From a virus, in the IMG/VR virus record IMGVR_UViG_3300021197_001769: a DNA stretch of 64,000 nt. One strand, written 5' to 3'. The translations under genes were made by a program, and so were the position numbers. Under the pieces are notes generated by a model. It did no database searches and was not told the origin of the DNA. It saw nothing but the letters and a program-made list of their open reading frames with translations. This document shows positions 27,803 through 36,780 of the stretch, piece after piece (position 1 is the first letter of the stretch; each line of letters opens with the position of its first letter).

Positions 27803-28596
27803 TCTGTATGTACGTACTCATCAAGCCAGTCAGTACGATCAACTCTTGGTGGACTTTCGATATCCTTCCAATCACGTATAGATAAAGGATAAGCAAAACT
27901 AGCAGACCCAGTATAAACATGTACTCCATTTAAAGCTGCCTCCAATGCAGGTCCTGAACTATAGTTTACGACACACCATGATCTACTCATAATGTCTCTA
28001 AAGTTTACTGCATCACCAACACCAGTACTCTCTGGCATATCGTAAAATATTTTGCCAGTCAACTCGTCAGCAAGTTTATTCCAATTAGTAACCTTATCTC
28101 TAGGGTGTGGTCTAATAACTATAGGTTTATCAGTATACTTATTAATTTCTTTTACACATTGCTTGATCCATTCATCAGTAGGAGGCATTCCAAACCACTG
28201 ATGTGAATCTTGACGCTGTGTAGCTATCGTTATAAATTCGCCACTTTTTATATAAGGTCTTATAGCTAGGTTAAATTTATCTTTTCTTTTTCTATCTAAA
28301 TTATCTTTGTTTGCAAACTCTGCACTTCTATTTATTCCTCCAATACCTACTCTCCAGGTCTTGTCTCTAAATATACTCCCAACTTCTATTACTATTATAG
28401 GTTTATTTTGTTTAGTAAAATGTTGCCATACGTCTTTATTTTTTCTCATTCTTCCAGAAAATAAAATAGACCATATGACTGCTACATCAGCATCCATATC
28501 ATTGTACACAACTTCTTCGTTGCAGCCTTCTGCGAAAGCTTTGAATATAGGAGAGCTATTTAAGGCACCGTAATCGGTGAAGAGCGATACTTTCAT
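27742..28596 (-). CDS. KpsC/KpsS-like GT-B protein, paralog 1
   Basis: IEVG, TQRQDS, IVIRPHP, NYSSGPALEAALNGV, EISEG. Confidence 0.7.
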   Translation of the reverse strand: MKVSLFTDYGALNSSPIFKAFAEGCNEEVVYNDMDADVAVIWSILFSGRMRKNKDVWQHFTKQNKPIIVIEVGSIFRDKTWRVGIGGINRSAEFANKDNLDRKRKDKFNLAIRPYIKSGEFITIATQRQDSHQWFGMPPTDEWIKQCVKEINKYTDKPIVIRPHPRDKVTNWNKLADELTGKIFYDMPESTGVGDAVNFRDIMSRSWCVVNYSSGPALEAALNGVHVYTGSASFAYPLSIRDWKDIESPPRVDRTDWLDEYVHTEWWPQEISEGIPWNRLRPYL

Positions 28597-28627
28597 AATA
28601 TAGTTATAGTAAGTTTAATTATTTTTT

Positions 28628-31399
28628 CTATAAGTCTTTAGCTGAATTATATGCTTTTTTTCTTTCATGATCAGAAACTTCTTTGAGACCTTTTAAGTTA
28701 GGTAAATCATCATCAGTCTTTAACTCATTTACTTTAGGTTTATTCATTGAATTTATAACATCAGCTCGAGCTTTCTTTTGAGCAGATTTAACCATTGCAC
28801 TATCATCCTTCTTAGCAGATTGCACTTGTGCATCAGTCATATCAGCTTCGTCTAACTCAGGTTTATTCTTAGCTGTTATAAGTCTTTCAACTGTTGTCTT
28901 AAATGCTGTTGTACGACCATCTACTACTTCTTTTATTCCAAGTTCTTTCATAGTTGATCTTCTTAAATTAGCGGGTAGACCCTGAACCAGTACCTTAGCT
29001 TCATCCTGACTCATTGTCTTGAGAGCTGCCATTGCCTTAGGCTCTAGCTTCCCACCTCTCATTTTCATGTCACCTTTTTTTAACTTAGACTTTTCTATCA
29101 TATAATCTGATACTTCGTCCTGTTTAAAAAATTCCATCTTCATATTTTTCATTTTTTTCTTTGCATCTTTAGGAGCAGGGAACTGTTTAGCAGTTTTACT
29201 ACCCTCAGGCTTTTGATTGTCGTCTAGACCATCAGCATTCTTGTCTTGAATCTCATCATGACCTTCATTCATTTTAGTAAGTTTTTTTACATGACCCATA
29301 AACTTTTTATCTTTTAAAGCAGGGCTGCCTTTATTTACAGTCACAGCATGCGGTTCATCATCACCCATAGCTGTATGGAATTTTACACCAGCATGATTAG
29401 ATTTTTTATGCATTGCGTGAGCGGAGTCTAAGTGATGTGAATTTAATTTATGATCACCATCCGCATAAGTATTATCTGAATATGTTCCATGATCTTCTGG
29501 AAGTGATCTATAGAAAGGATTATCACCAGTAAGAATTGAAGTAAAGTTTACTTGCTGAATTACATCAACTTTTTTTTTTGACTCTTGCACTTCAGCTTCT
29601 TTAGGAGGACCAAATTTAGATACGTTATCTATAATGTCTTCTTTCATACCCATTTTTTTTCTATACTCAGCTCGCTTTGCGTCTGATTGTGCATTAGCTC
29701 TTTTGACAGCGTCTTTAGATGCAATTGAACCTTTATTCTTATCTCTCCAACTATAATCTACACCTGGCATATCTGAAACTTTATTTCTTATACCATATCC
29801 AGATGATCGTGCTGTAACTTCTTTCACTGTATCTTCTTTTTGTCTCTCAGGATACTTCTCTTTTGTTTTAGGATCTACTTCGTCTTTATGTCCTTTAGGA
29901 ACAAAGTAGCTTACTCCAGTAGGGCCATAAGCCTTACCTTCTGGAACACAATTATTGACTCTTATTCCACCCTTCATTTTAGTACCTGCTTTCTTATAAC
30001 CATCCCAACAATTTGGATCTAATCTTTGTTTTTCAACAATTGCTTCTTCATTTGTTGACTCTTCACCTTCCATAGCTTTCATTCTAAAAGCTTTTCTGAC
30101 ATCTGCTTTAGGAGTCTTAACAATATCACCTATCATATCCATATTCTTCAACATCTTTCTAAGCTTAGCTTTAATCATACCTGCTGATGATGCTGTCATA
30201 TACATATCTGGAAGACCTGAAATGTTAACTTTAAAATACATTTCTTCATTCAAGTCTGACTCTGGTGTAATAAATTCTGCATATGGAGGAGCAAAAGTTT
30301 CTTTCTTCATTAATCTTTTAGTAGCTTTATCAATACCACCAACTCTTTTAGCTGCTTTTCTTTCAGGTCCTGTATCATAATTTTGATCAGGATGAGAACC
30401 TCCAGCACCAGCTATTGCATCAGCTCGTCCCTGGTTTGTACCTTTATGATAAACGTCTCTAGAAGCTTTACTAATATAGCTTGCAGCTGTATTTTTAGAA
30501 ATTTCATCAACTTGATTTATATCTTCTTTAGCTGCTTTTTTTATACCTTGCATTCTATTATCTATTTTAATATCATTTCTTTGAGCTTCTGGAGATGATC
30601 CTCCAAAAGGTTTAGAATAAGCCATGCCTTGAGAAAAACTTCTATCTTTTAAATTACTAACAGCTTTTTTAATATATCTACTTTTCATATCTTTAGAAAT
30701 TTCATCAATATTAGATTCAGTAGCATTTACTTTAGCTTTACCAATAACTTTTTTAGTAGCCATATCAAAACCTTTATCTCTTTTTGAAGATGCTGATTCC
30801 ATATCTTTTTTATGACCTGGTTCTTGACCTGATTTATCTAAATAATTATATATTTTATCTTTAGAAATTTCATCTATGTGATTTTTAAATTGATCTTTAA
30901 TCATTTTAATTTCCTCATTATATTCATTATCATATTTATCATTTTCGTTCATTGAAGGTCTTTTGAAACCATGTTTAGCTAGCACATCTTTATTCTTATC
31001 GTATGCATTTGTAGCTTTTTTAAGTTGTATTTTTAACTTAGGTTTGTTTTCTAAACTAGCCATTGAAGGCACTTTCTTATCTTCATCTGCTGATAATTTT
31101 GCTGCTATTGCCATTTGTCTTCTCTTTGTTTTTGATTTACCTTTAAATTGAGGAGCATCTGATTTGTAAAAATCATCTACAACATCACCCATATCAGCTG
31201 TCTTGACATTAATACCCTCTTTAAACAAATCAAAATGACCGAATTGGGACTCAGCGTCTTCGTGTGATATGTAATCTACTCTTACAATGTACTCACCATA
31301 CTTCTCTTTCATGTCGAGAGCTACTTGTGCTTTAGTTTTGCCTCTGATAAGAATTGGTGGTCTTATTTTATCTTTAAAGTCTACTCTAAATAATCTCAT
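28628..31399 (-). CDS. 923-aa modular basic late protein (internal-head-protein-like polyprotein)
   Basis: Late promoter 31404-31412; three DEISK modules, DFYKSDAPQFKGKSK module, CWDGYK..NCVP module, many [LIV]-x-E junctions. Confidence 0.7.
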   Translation of the reverse strand: MRLFRVDFKDKIRPPILIRGKTKAQVALDMKEKYGEYIVRVDYISHEDAESQFGHFDLFKEGINVKTADMGDVVDDFYKSDAPQFKGKSKTKRRQMAIAAKLSADEDKKVPSMASLENKPKLKIQLKKATNAYDKNKDVLAKHGFKRPSMNENDKYDNEYNEEIKMIKDQFKNHIDEISKDKIYNYLDKSGQEPGHKKDMESASSKRDKGFDMATKKVIGKAKVNATESNIDEISKDMKSRYIKKAVSNLKDRSFSQGMAYSKPFGGSSPEAQRNDIKIDNRMQGIKKAAKEDINQVDEISKNTAASYISKASRDVYHKGTNQGRADAIAGAGGSHPDQNYDTGPERKAAKRVGGIDKATKRLMKKETFAPPYAEFITPESDLNEEMYFKVNISGLPDMYMTASSAGMIKAKLRKMLKNMDMIGDIVKTPKADVRKAFRMKAMEGEESTNEEAIVEKQRLDPNCWDGYKKAGTKMKGGIRVNNCVPEGKAYGPTGVSYFVPKGHKDEVDPKTKEKYPERQKEDTVKEVTARSSGYGIRNKVSDMPGVDYSWRDKNKGSIASKDAVKRANAQSDAKRAEYRKKMGMKEDIIDNVSKFGPPKEAEVQESKKKVDVIQQVNFTSILTGDNPFYRSLPEDHGTYSDNTYADGDHKLNSHHLDSAHAMHKKSNHAGVKFHTAMGDDEPHAVTVNKGSPALKDKKFMGHVKKLTKMNEGHDEIQDKNADGLDDNQKPEGSKTAKQFPAPKDAKKKMKNMKMEFFKQDEVSDYMIEKSKLKKGDMKMRGGKLEPKAMAALKTMSQDEAKVLVQGLPANLRRSTMKELGIKEVVDGRTTAFKTTVERLITAKNKPELDEADMTDAQVQSAKKDDSAMVKSAQKKARADVINSMNKPKVNELKTDDDLPNLKGLKEVSDHERKKAYNSAKDL
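30495..30875 (-). repeat. Three copies of GATGAAATTTCTAAA (DEISK) at module starts
   Basis: Copies at about 30494-30508, 30692-30706 and 30860-30874. Confidence 0.8.
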
Positions 31400-31409
31400 G
31401 TTTTATTTA

Positions 31410-33122
31410 TTAAACTATTGAGTCTTTAATGTATGAGAAGTTGCCTTGCTTATAGAACTCGATAAGAGACTTAAATCTATCTCCAGTTTGATACTTATGA
31501 GATATAACCCATACGTTTGTACCTTCCATATCACCTATAATGTCCCATAGTATATCTGTAGCTTCAGCATCTAAAGAACTATCACCTACCTCATCCATAA
31601 TAAGTAGATTAGTATTAACAGAGTTCTTTAACTTAGCAATCTCTCTCCAAGTAAACATTAACGCAAGATCTATTCTCATCTTCTCTCCTTCTGAGAAAGA
31701 AGCATAACTAAAATGATCTCTATATCTACTCTTTATACTTTCGTTAAAGTTTTCGTCTAAGTTAAACGAATAGTTAGCACCCATTCTATCTAAGTACTTA
31801 TTGATAAGTTTATTCATAACAGGTAAGTATTGCTTTATGATTTTAGCTTTTATACCAGTATCTTTTAGTAATACTTTACACACTTCTAGATGATGCTTAA
31901 GTTCTAATTGTTGTAGAGACTTGGATTGTATTTCTTTTTTCTCTTCTTTTAATGCAGCTAGTTGTGCTTTAGCATCATTAAGAGATTTAGCATCAGCTTT
32001 TACGTTCTTATTATTGTTTAGGTTATTAAGATAGGCTTTATTAGAGTTTATATCAGCAGCTAGTTTAGATTTATCTGATCTTATATCAGTAACTTTTTCT
32101 TTAACTGCGTTTATAGCTCTTACATTATCTTGTATATTACTTATAGCAGTTTCAGCAGTACCTATAATACTACTATACTTTGTCTTCTTAGCAGCATGTA
32201 AACTAATTTTATTATTCTTATGCTCTTCAGTAAGAGGCTGATCACATTCAGGACATATAGAATTATTTTGATAGAAGCTTAATTTTTTATCATGACTAGT
32301 TAGTTCAGTCTTAACTTTGAATAACTGGTACTCACCTTCTTTTAGTTTATTCTTTAACTTATCTTCTTCTGTAATCTCTAAGAGTAAACTTTCTATATCA
32401 GAGTCTTTCTTAATAAGCTGTTCTTCCAACAACTTTATTTCGGCATTGACTCTTAACTCTTCTTCTTCAATCTTATCTACAGACTCTCTAGAACGAGCAG
32501 TAATATTATCAATCAAACCATTCTGAGCAGATATTTTAGTCTTGTTTAAGTCTTTATTGTAATCAGTATCTTTTATATCTAATTCTAGATTATTATCTCT
32601 CGTTTTAAGTATAGCATTCATTCTAGAAAAAACAGTTATGTCTAATATTTCTTCTATGATACCTCTACGTTCCCAGTTAGCTAAGTCCATAAACGATTGA
32701 TATCTAGCTGTACCTAAAATAACAATCTGAGTAAATGACTTGTAATTTAAACCTATAATATCTTCTAGCTTTTGCTGATAGTCTCTTAAAGAAGCATCTT
32801 GAGTTAAAAGATTATCCTCTTTATAGATTTCAAATATATTAGGTTTAACACCTCTAATTATTTTATATGGTATACCTTTCACTCTTAACTTAAGAGTTAC
32901 TTCTAAACCTTTTTCGTTAACAGAGTTTACTAACTGAGTCTTAGATATAGCTCTATAAGGTTTATTGAATACAGCAAAACATAAAGCATCTAACATAGTA
33001 GACTTACCTGAACCATTAGGTCCAGTTATAAGTGCTGAGGGAGTTCTACTTAGAAATAATGTCTGGCCTGTATTGCCTGTAGATAGGAAATTTTTATATG
33101 TAATCTCATCAAACTGTATCAA
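31410..33122 (-). CDS. gp46: Recombination endonuclease ATPase subunit (Rad50-like)
   Basis: KNFLSTGN, GPNGSGKST, zinc hook CPECDQ, FSEGEKMRIDLA, LIMDEV. Confidence 0.97.
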   Translation of the reverse strand: MIQFDEITYKNFLSTGNTGQTLFLSRTPSALITGPNGSGKSTMLDALCFAVFNKPYRAISKTQLVNSVNEKGLEVTLKLRVKGIPYKIIRGVKPNIFEIYKEDNLLTQDASLRDYQQKLEDIIGLNYKSFTQIVILGTARYQSFMDLANWERRGIIEEILDITVFSRMNAILKTRDNNLELDIKDTDYNKDLNKTKISAQNGLIDNITARSRESVDKIEEEELRVNAEIKLLEEQLIKKDSDIESLLLEITEEDKLKNKLKEGEYQLFKVKTELTSHDKKLSFYQNNSICPECDQPLTEEHKNNKISLHAAKKTKYSSIIGTAETAISNIQDNVRAINAVKEKVTDIRSDKSKLAADINSNKAYLNNLNNNKNVKADAKSLNDAKAQLAALKEEKKEIQSKSLQQLELKHHLEVCKVLLKDTGIKAKIIKQYLPVMNKLINKYLDRMGANYSFNLDENFNESIKSRYRDHFSYASFSEGEKMRIDLALMFTWREIAKLKNSVNTNLLIMDEVGDSSLDAEATDILWDIIGDMEGTNVWVISHKYQTGDRFKSLIEFYKQGNFSYIKDSIV

Positions 33123-34158
33123 ACTCTTCCGTCCTCATCGCATCTTCATATATTTCTAACATGAGTTTCTTTATCGCTTCTTTATTATTATCAGTAGCAA
33201 CGTCATCTATATACTGACCTATAAGATCAGTAGTAGCAACCATCTTAATCATATCACCTACATTATCTTCGTTATACTCTTCAAACGATTCTATAATTTT
33301 TAGGTCGAAAGGATCATGATGATTTACTTTATCGATAAACTTTTCGAATATTTCAAAGTCAGATTTCTTCTTTATTATTAATTTAACGTACGAGTTAGTT
33401 ATAGTAGATATATCATAATCGGTCCCGTCTTCCCAATAGATTCTATGAAAGAAAGTATAAGGGTTAACTATATACTCCATACTAAGATCTGTAGTATCCA
33501 TAATCCAAAAACCGTTCTTACCTTTAGCATCATTCCATGTCATCTGATATGGAGTACCTACGTAATTAATATTTGCCTTTTCTGAATGAGTATGGTAGTG
33601 TCCAGATATAACATACTTCCAATTTTTAAAGTCAGCAGGTTTAAGTTCTGCTCTAGCTTTAGCACCAGGATGCATATCCATACCATCTATTTCATAATGA
33701 CCTACTAATACTTCACCACCATTACGTATAATATCTACTGATTCCTCTTGATTATCCTTGCATAGCCAAGGCATAAGAGTAAATGTTACTCCATCTAGCT
33801 CAAGATTTGTAGTCTTATCATAATAGACCATACCTTTTTCATGGTTAAGTAATTGACCAGGTGAGTTATTTTCTAAAGAATATCGTAAAGGTATATCATG
33901 GTTACCTATTATACCATAACAAGTCATATCTCTTTTCTGGATATGATCTACGAATATTTTTTTCTGGAAAGCCATAGTCTGTATATTAATCCACTTACGA
34001 TTATCGAAATAGTCGCCAGTTTGTATTACAGTTTTAATATTATGTTCATCTATATACGGCCAGAATACATCTTTAAAAAACTTTTCTTGCCAAAGTTGTA
34101 TGATACTATTCGAGTTACGAGAACCGAAATGTGTATCACCAAGTATCGCTATCTTCAT
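33109..34158 (-). CDS. gp47: Recombination endonuclease nuclease subunit (Mre11-like)
   Basis: GDTHFG, GDYFD, GNHD, SGHYH, YVGTPYQMTWND. Confidence 0.96.
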   Translation of the reverse strand: MKIAILGDTHFGSRNSNSIIQLWQEKFFKDVFWPYIDEHNIKTVIQTGDYFDNRKWINIQTMAFQKKIFVDHIQKRDMTCYGIIGNHDIPLRYSLENNSPGQLLNHEKGMVYYDKTTNLELDGVTFTLMPWLCKDNQEESVDIIRNGGEVLVGHYEIDGMDMHPGAKARAELKPADFKNWKYVISGHYHTHSEKANINYVGTPYQMTWNDAKGKNGFWIMDTTDLSMEYIVNPYTFFHRIYWEDGTDYDISTITNSYVKLIIKKKSDFEIFEKFIDKVNHHDPFDLKIIESFEEYNEDNVGDMIKMVATTDLIGQYIDDVATDNNKEAIKKLMLEIYEDAMRTEEFDTV

Positions 34159-34784
34159 TAATTATCCTTTGGTTCTGATTCTGATAATGGTGTTCCTTTG
34201 TAAGCCTCTCTATCAGCTTTTGTATAACCTGACCTTAATCTAAAGCCAGTTGCTCTTTTAGATACATGCTTCTTACTGTCTGCTATCTCACCTAGTTTTT
34301 GATCTGCTATAGCTCTAGCACCTTCCATAGCTGCAGACTGAAACTCAGGGTCATTCATATGCTGTAGTTCAGCTTTCTGAATTAGTTTTAAATTTAATTC
34401 GTATTTCTTTTTTTCTTTTTTAATAGTTTGTATCATATGTGAGAACAATATCTGAGTCACATATGCAAATCCATTATTAAATCTACTACCATCAAACAAA
34501 TGCATATAATTTACTGCTCCTAAAATAGCATCTTGTACCATCTCTTCTCTATAAGCATAGCCTCTAAAGTTAGGTGAAAGAGAAAGTCTTGACGCCATTT
34601 TTATAACGCATTCTCCTAAATATTTGTTCATAATAGGTCTAGTTTTTCCAGAAGCAAGTTTCTCTTTACAGTCTCTTGCATACTCATCTAACGCTTTAGT
34701 AAACTCTTTATTGTTTACGTAATGTTCGTTACCAGGTTTTAGTCTTGTTCTTCTTTGTGGTGTTGGTGTTTCCATAGCTGTCAT
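34158..34784 (-). CDS. gp55: Late-transcription sigma factor
   Basis: HYVNNKEF, YLGECVIKMASRLS..PNFRGYAYREEM, NGFAYVTQI...IKKEKK. Confidence 0.93.
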   Translation of the reverse strand: MTAMETPTPQRRTRLKPGNEHYVNNKEFTKALDEYARDCKEKLASGKTRPIMNKYLGECVIKMASRLSLSPNFRGYAYREEMVQDAILGAVNYMHLFDGSRFNNGFAYVTQILFSHMIQTIKKEKKKYELNLKLIQKAELQHMNDPEFQSAAMEGARAIADQKLGEIADSKKHVSKRATGFRLRSGYTKADREAYKGTPLSESEPKDN

Positions 34785-36241
34785 AATTCTATTTTAGATA
34801 TTTTAAAATCAAACGATTCGTCCACATAAAATTTAAAGCGCTCACTTGCATGTCTTAAAGCAAAGTTTTCTCTTGATCCATGCTTAAGATCATCTACAAT
34901 ATCAAACACTGTAGCTTTTACACCATTATCAGCTTTTCTTAAAACGCGACCGATCGATTGTAGGACTTTAATTTTGGATTTACTTGGATGAGCAAATACG
35001 AGGTTGTGGAGGTTACGAATATTAATCCCCGTGCTAAATACACCAAGTGATGCAACGATGATAGTATCGTTGTTCTCAGCAAGGTATCTAACAGCTTCTC
35101 TCGAATCTTTATCTGTCTCTCCAGCAACATAATGTAAGTCCTTTTCAGTTTCGATAAGATCATATATGGCTTTTCCATGAGCTATTCTACTAAAAACTAC
35201 TAACGTATTACCAGGTAAGTCTCCTGCCATACGAGCTATAATTTTATTTCTTCTCTCATGACCAATAAGATAATCTATCTCTTCTTGATATTTATATTTG
35301 CTTAAAAGCTTTCGATCTTCTGCGCCGTATTGTAAAGTTAGAATACGAACTGATAAATCTGATATTTGATTTCTATCTATTAACTCCTTTGTAGTTATTA
35401 CTTTATGTACAGGACCAAATAAACCTTTGAGTACTAACTCATGAGTCTTTGCTTCCTGCAGTGTGCCAGTTAGACCTATTCTATCTGGACAGATCAATAA
35501 TTTACCCATGATCTTTTGTATAGATTTAGCTTGAGCATGATGAACTTCATCTACTATTACAGAACCAAATTGTGCAAACCACCCAGTTGACATTTTATGA
35601 ATTGATTGCCAAGTAGATACTACACATCTCTTATCTGTCTCTTTTTCTAAACCTCCCGTTATACCGTGAGGTGCATAACTACCTCCCGAGTAATCTTTAA
35701 AGTCACCTATCATTTGAGCTACTAAAGATATAGTAGGTACTATGATAAGTATCTTTCTATCGTGTACTTGTTCCCACCACCTACATAAACTATATGCAAT
35801 TAAACTTTTACCAGAAGCAGTAGGAGATAATAATAAAGTTCTTTGTTGCCTTATAGCTATCTTAAATGCTTCTCTTTGATAGTCTCTTATTGTTATAGGT
35901 TTCTTTTTACTTAATGGCTTAAGAAAGTCTAAGTAACCATCTAACATCTGATCTGATACTGGCTGCTCTCTTCCTGGAAAGTCAAACTTAGTACCTTCAA
36001 ACTCAACTTCAACATCTAAGTCTTTACTAAACTTAATTATCTCTTGCCATAGTCCACCATATAAAGTAAAGTTACGTAAGTTAACTAAACGTATTTTACC
36101 ATCCCAGAACTTATTTCTATATTGTGGTGAGAACTCTGCACCTGGAACTTTGAATGTAAAGTAATCTGATAGCTGTTGCAGTTCATGTCTGTCGCCATCG
36201 AAAGTAAGATGAACGTCATCTTTCTTTTTAAATACTATCAT
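34781..36241 (-). CDS. uvsW: SF2 DNA helicase UvsW
   Basis: WDGKIRL, RDYQ, SPTASGKS, DEVH, GLTGT, FSTGINI, QSIGRVLR. Confidence 0.96.
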   Translation of the reverse strand: MIVFKKKDDVHLTFDGDRHELQQLSDYFTFKVPGAEFSPQYRNKFWDGKIRLVNLRNFTLYGGLWQEIIKFSKDLDVEVEFEGTKFDFPGREQPVSDQMLDGYLDFLKPLSKKKPITIRDYQREAFKIAIRQQRTLLLSPTASGKSLIAYSLCRWWEQVHDRKILIIVPTISLVAQMIGDFKDYSGGSYAPHGITGGLEKETDKRCVVSTWQSIHKMSTGWFAQFGSVIVDEVHHAQAKSIQKIMGKLLICPDRIGLTGTLQEAKTHELVLKGLFGPVHKVITTKELIDRNQISDLSVRILTLQYGAEDRKLLSKYKYQEEIDYLIGHERRNKIIARMAGDLPGNTLVVFSRIAHGKAIYDLIETEKDLHYVAGETDKDSREAVRYLAENNDTIIVASLGVFSTGINIRNLHNLVFAHPSKSKIKVLQSIGRVLRKADNGVKATVFDIVDDLKHGSRENFALRHASERFKFYVDESFDFKISKIEL

Positions 36242-36672
36242 AGCTCACCAGATGTAAACTTAATCCAATCTATCGCAGATCGTATAGACTGATTACGCCA
36301 CTTTATCTGATCTAAGATATGCTGTACACCTTCTAGAAGTACATCCATATATTCTATTTTCTTTAACAATCCTACTACCTCAGGGTCAGTATTTACATGC
36401 TTCTCAATACCAGACTTAGTCTTAAGTTTAAGATCGAAAGGCTTCTCTTTATAAGTATCTGAAGTTGCTTGACCTGTATAATATAATTCTTTATCTTTTC
36501 TTATTGCTTCTAGCTTATGATTGAATGCAATCTTTTTAGCTCTTAGGTCAAGATATATTTTTAGATATTTATGATGTAATTTAGGCACAGATGCAGCAGT
36601 AGTGTCGAGATTATTTTTATCAATCTCAGCATCTTTTTCCCATAAATCTAGTAACTGTTCATGCGTTATCAT
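36238..36672 (-). CDS. uvsY: Recombination mediator UvsY
   Basis: WEKDAEID...PKLHHKY...YYTG...PFDLK...RNQSIRSAIDWIKF. Confidence 0.92.
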   Translation of the reverse strand: MITHEQLLDLWEKDAEIDKNNLDTTAASVPKLHHKYLKIYLDLRAKKIAFNHKLEAIRKDKELYYTGQATSDTYKEKPFDLKLKTKSGIEKHVNTDPEVVGLLKKIEYMDVLLEGVQHILDQIKWRNQSIRSAIDWIKFTSGEL

Positions 36673-36679
36673 ATAAATA
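36672..36679 (+). promoter_or_regulatory. Late promoter TATAAATA facing phoH
   Basis: Exact T4 late consensus overlapping the uvsY start on the opposite strand. Confidence 0.6.
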
Positions 36680-36704
36680 TTATAGTATGAATATTAAAAA
36701 AGTT
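36679..36704 (-). promoter_or_regulatory. Middle-like promoter AACTTTTT-N12-TATAAT, 6 nt before uvsY ATG
   Basis: Direct reading; no SD sequence, so probably leaderless. Confidence 0.6.
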
Positions 36705-36722
36705 ATCATACATTTCAACAAT

Positions 36723-36756
36723 AAGCTCAACCTGGGATCAGGTCTGAGCTTTTTTT
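36723..36756 (+). terminator. Intrinsic terminator-like hairpin in the phoH leader
   Basis: AAGCTCA-ACCTG-GGAT-CAGGT-C-TGAGCTT-TTTTT. Confidence 0.65.
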
Positions 36757-36780
36757 CATTTATAAGACGGAGAAGTACGA

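Noticed and set aside
13976-28596. Glycosyltransferases as DNA hypermodification enzymes (T4 alpha/beta-gt-like)
   Set aside because: The families are LPS/capsule-type and no hydroxymethylase is in the window; not fully excluded without the rest of the genome
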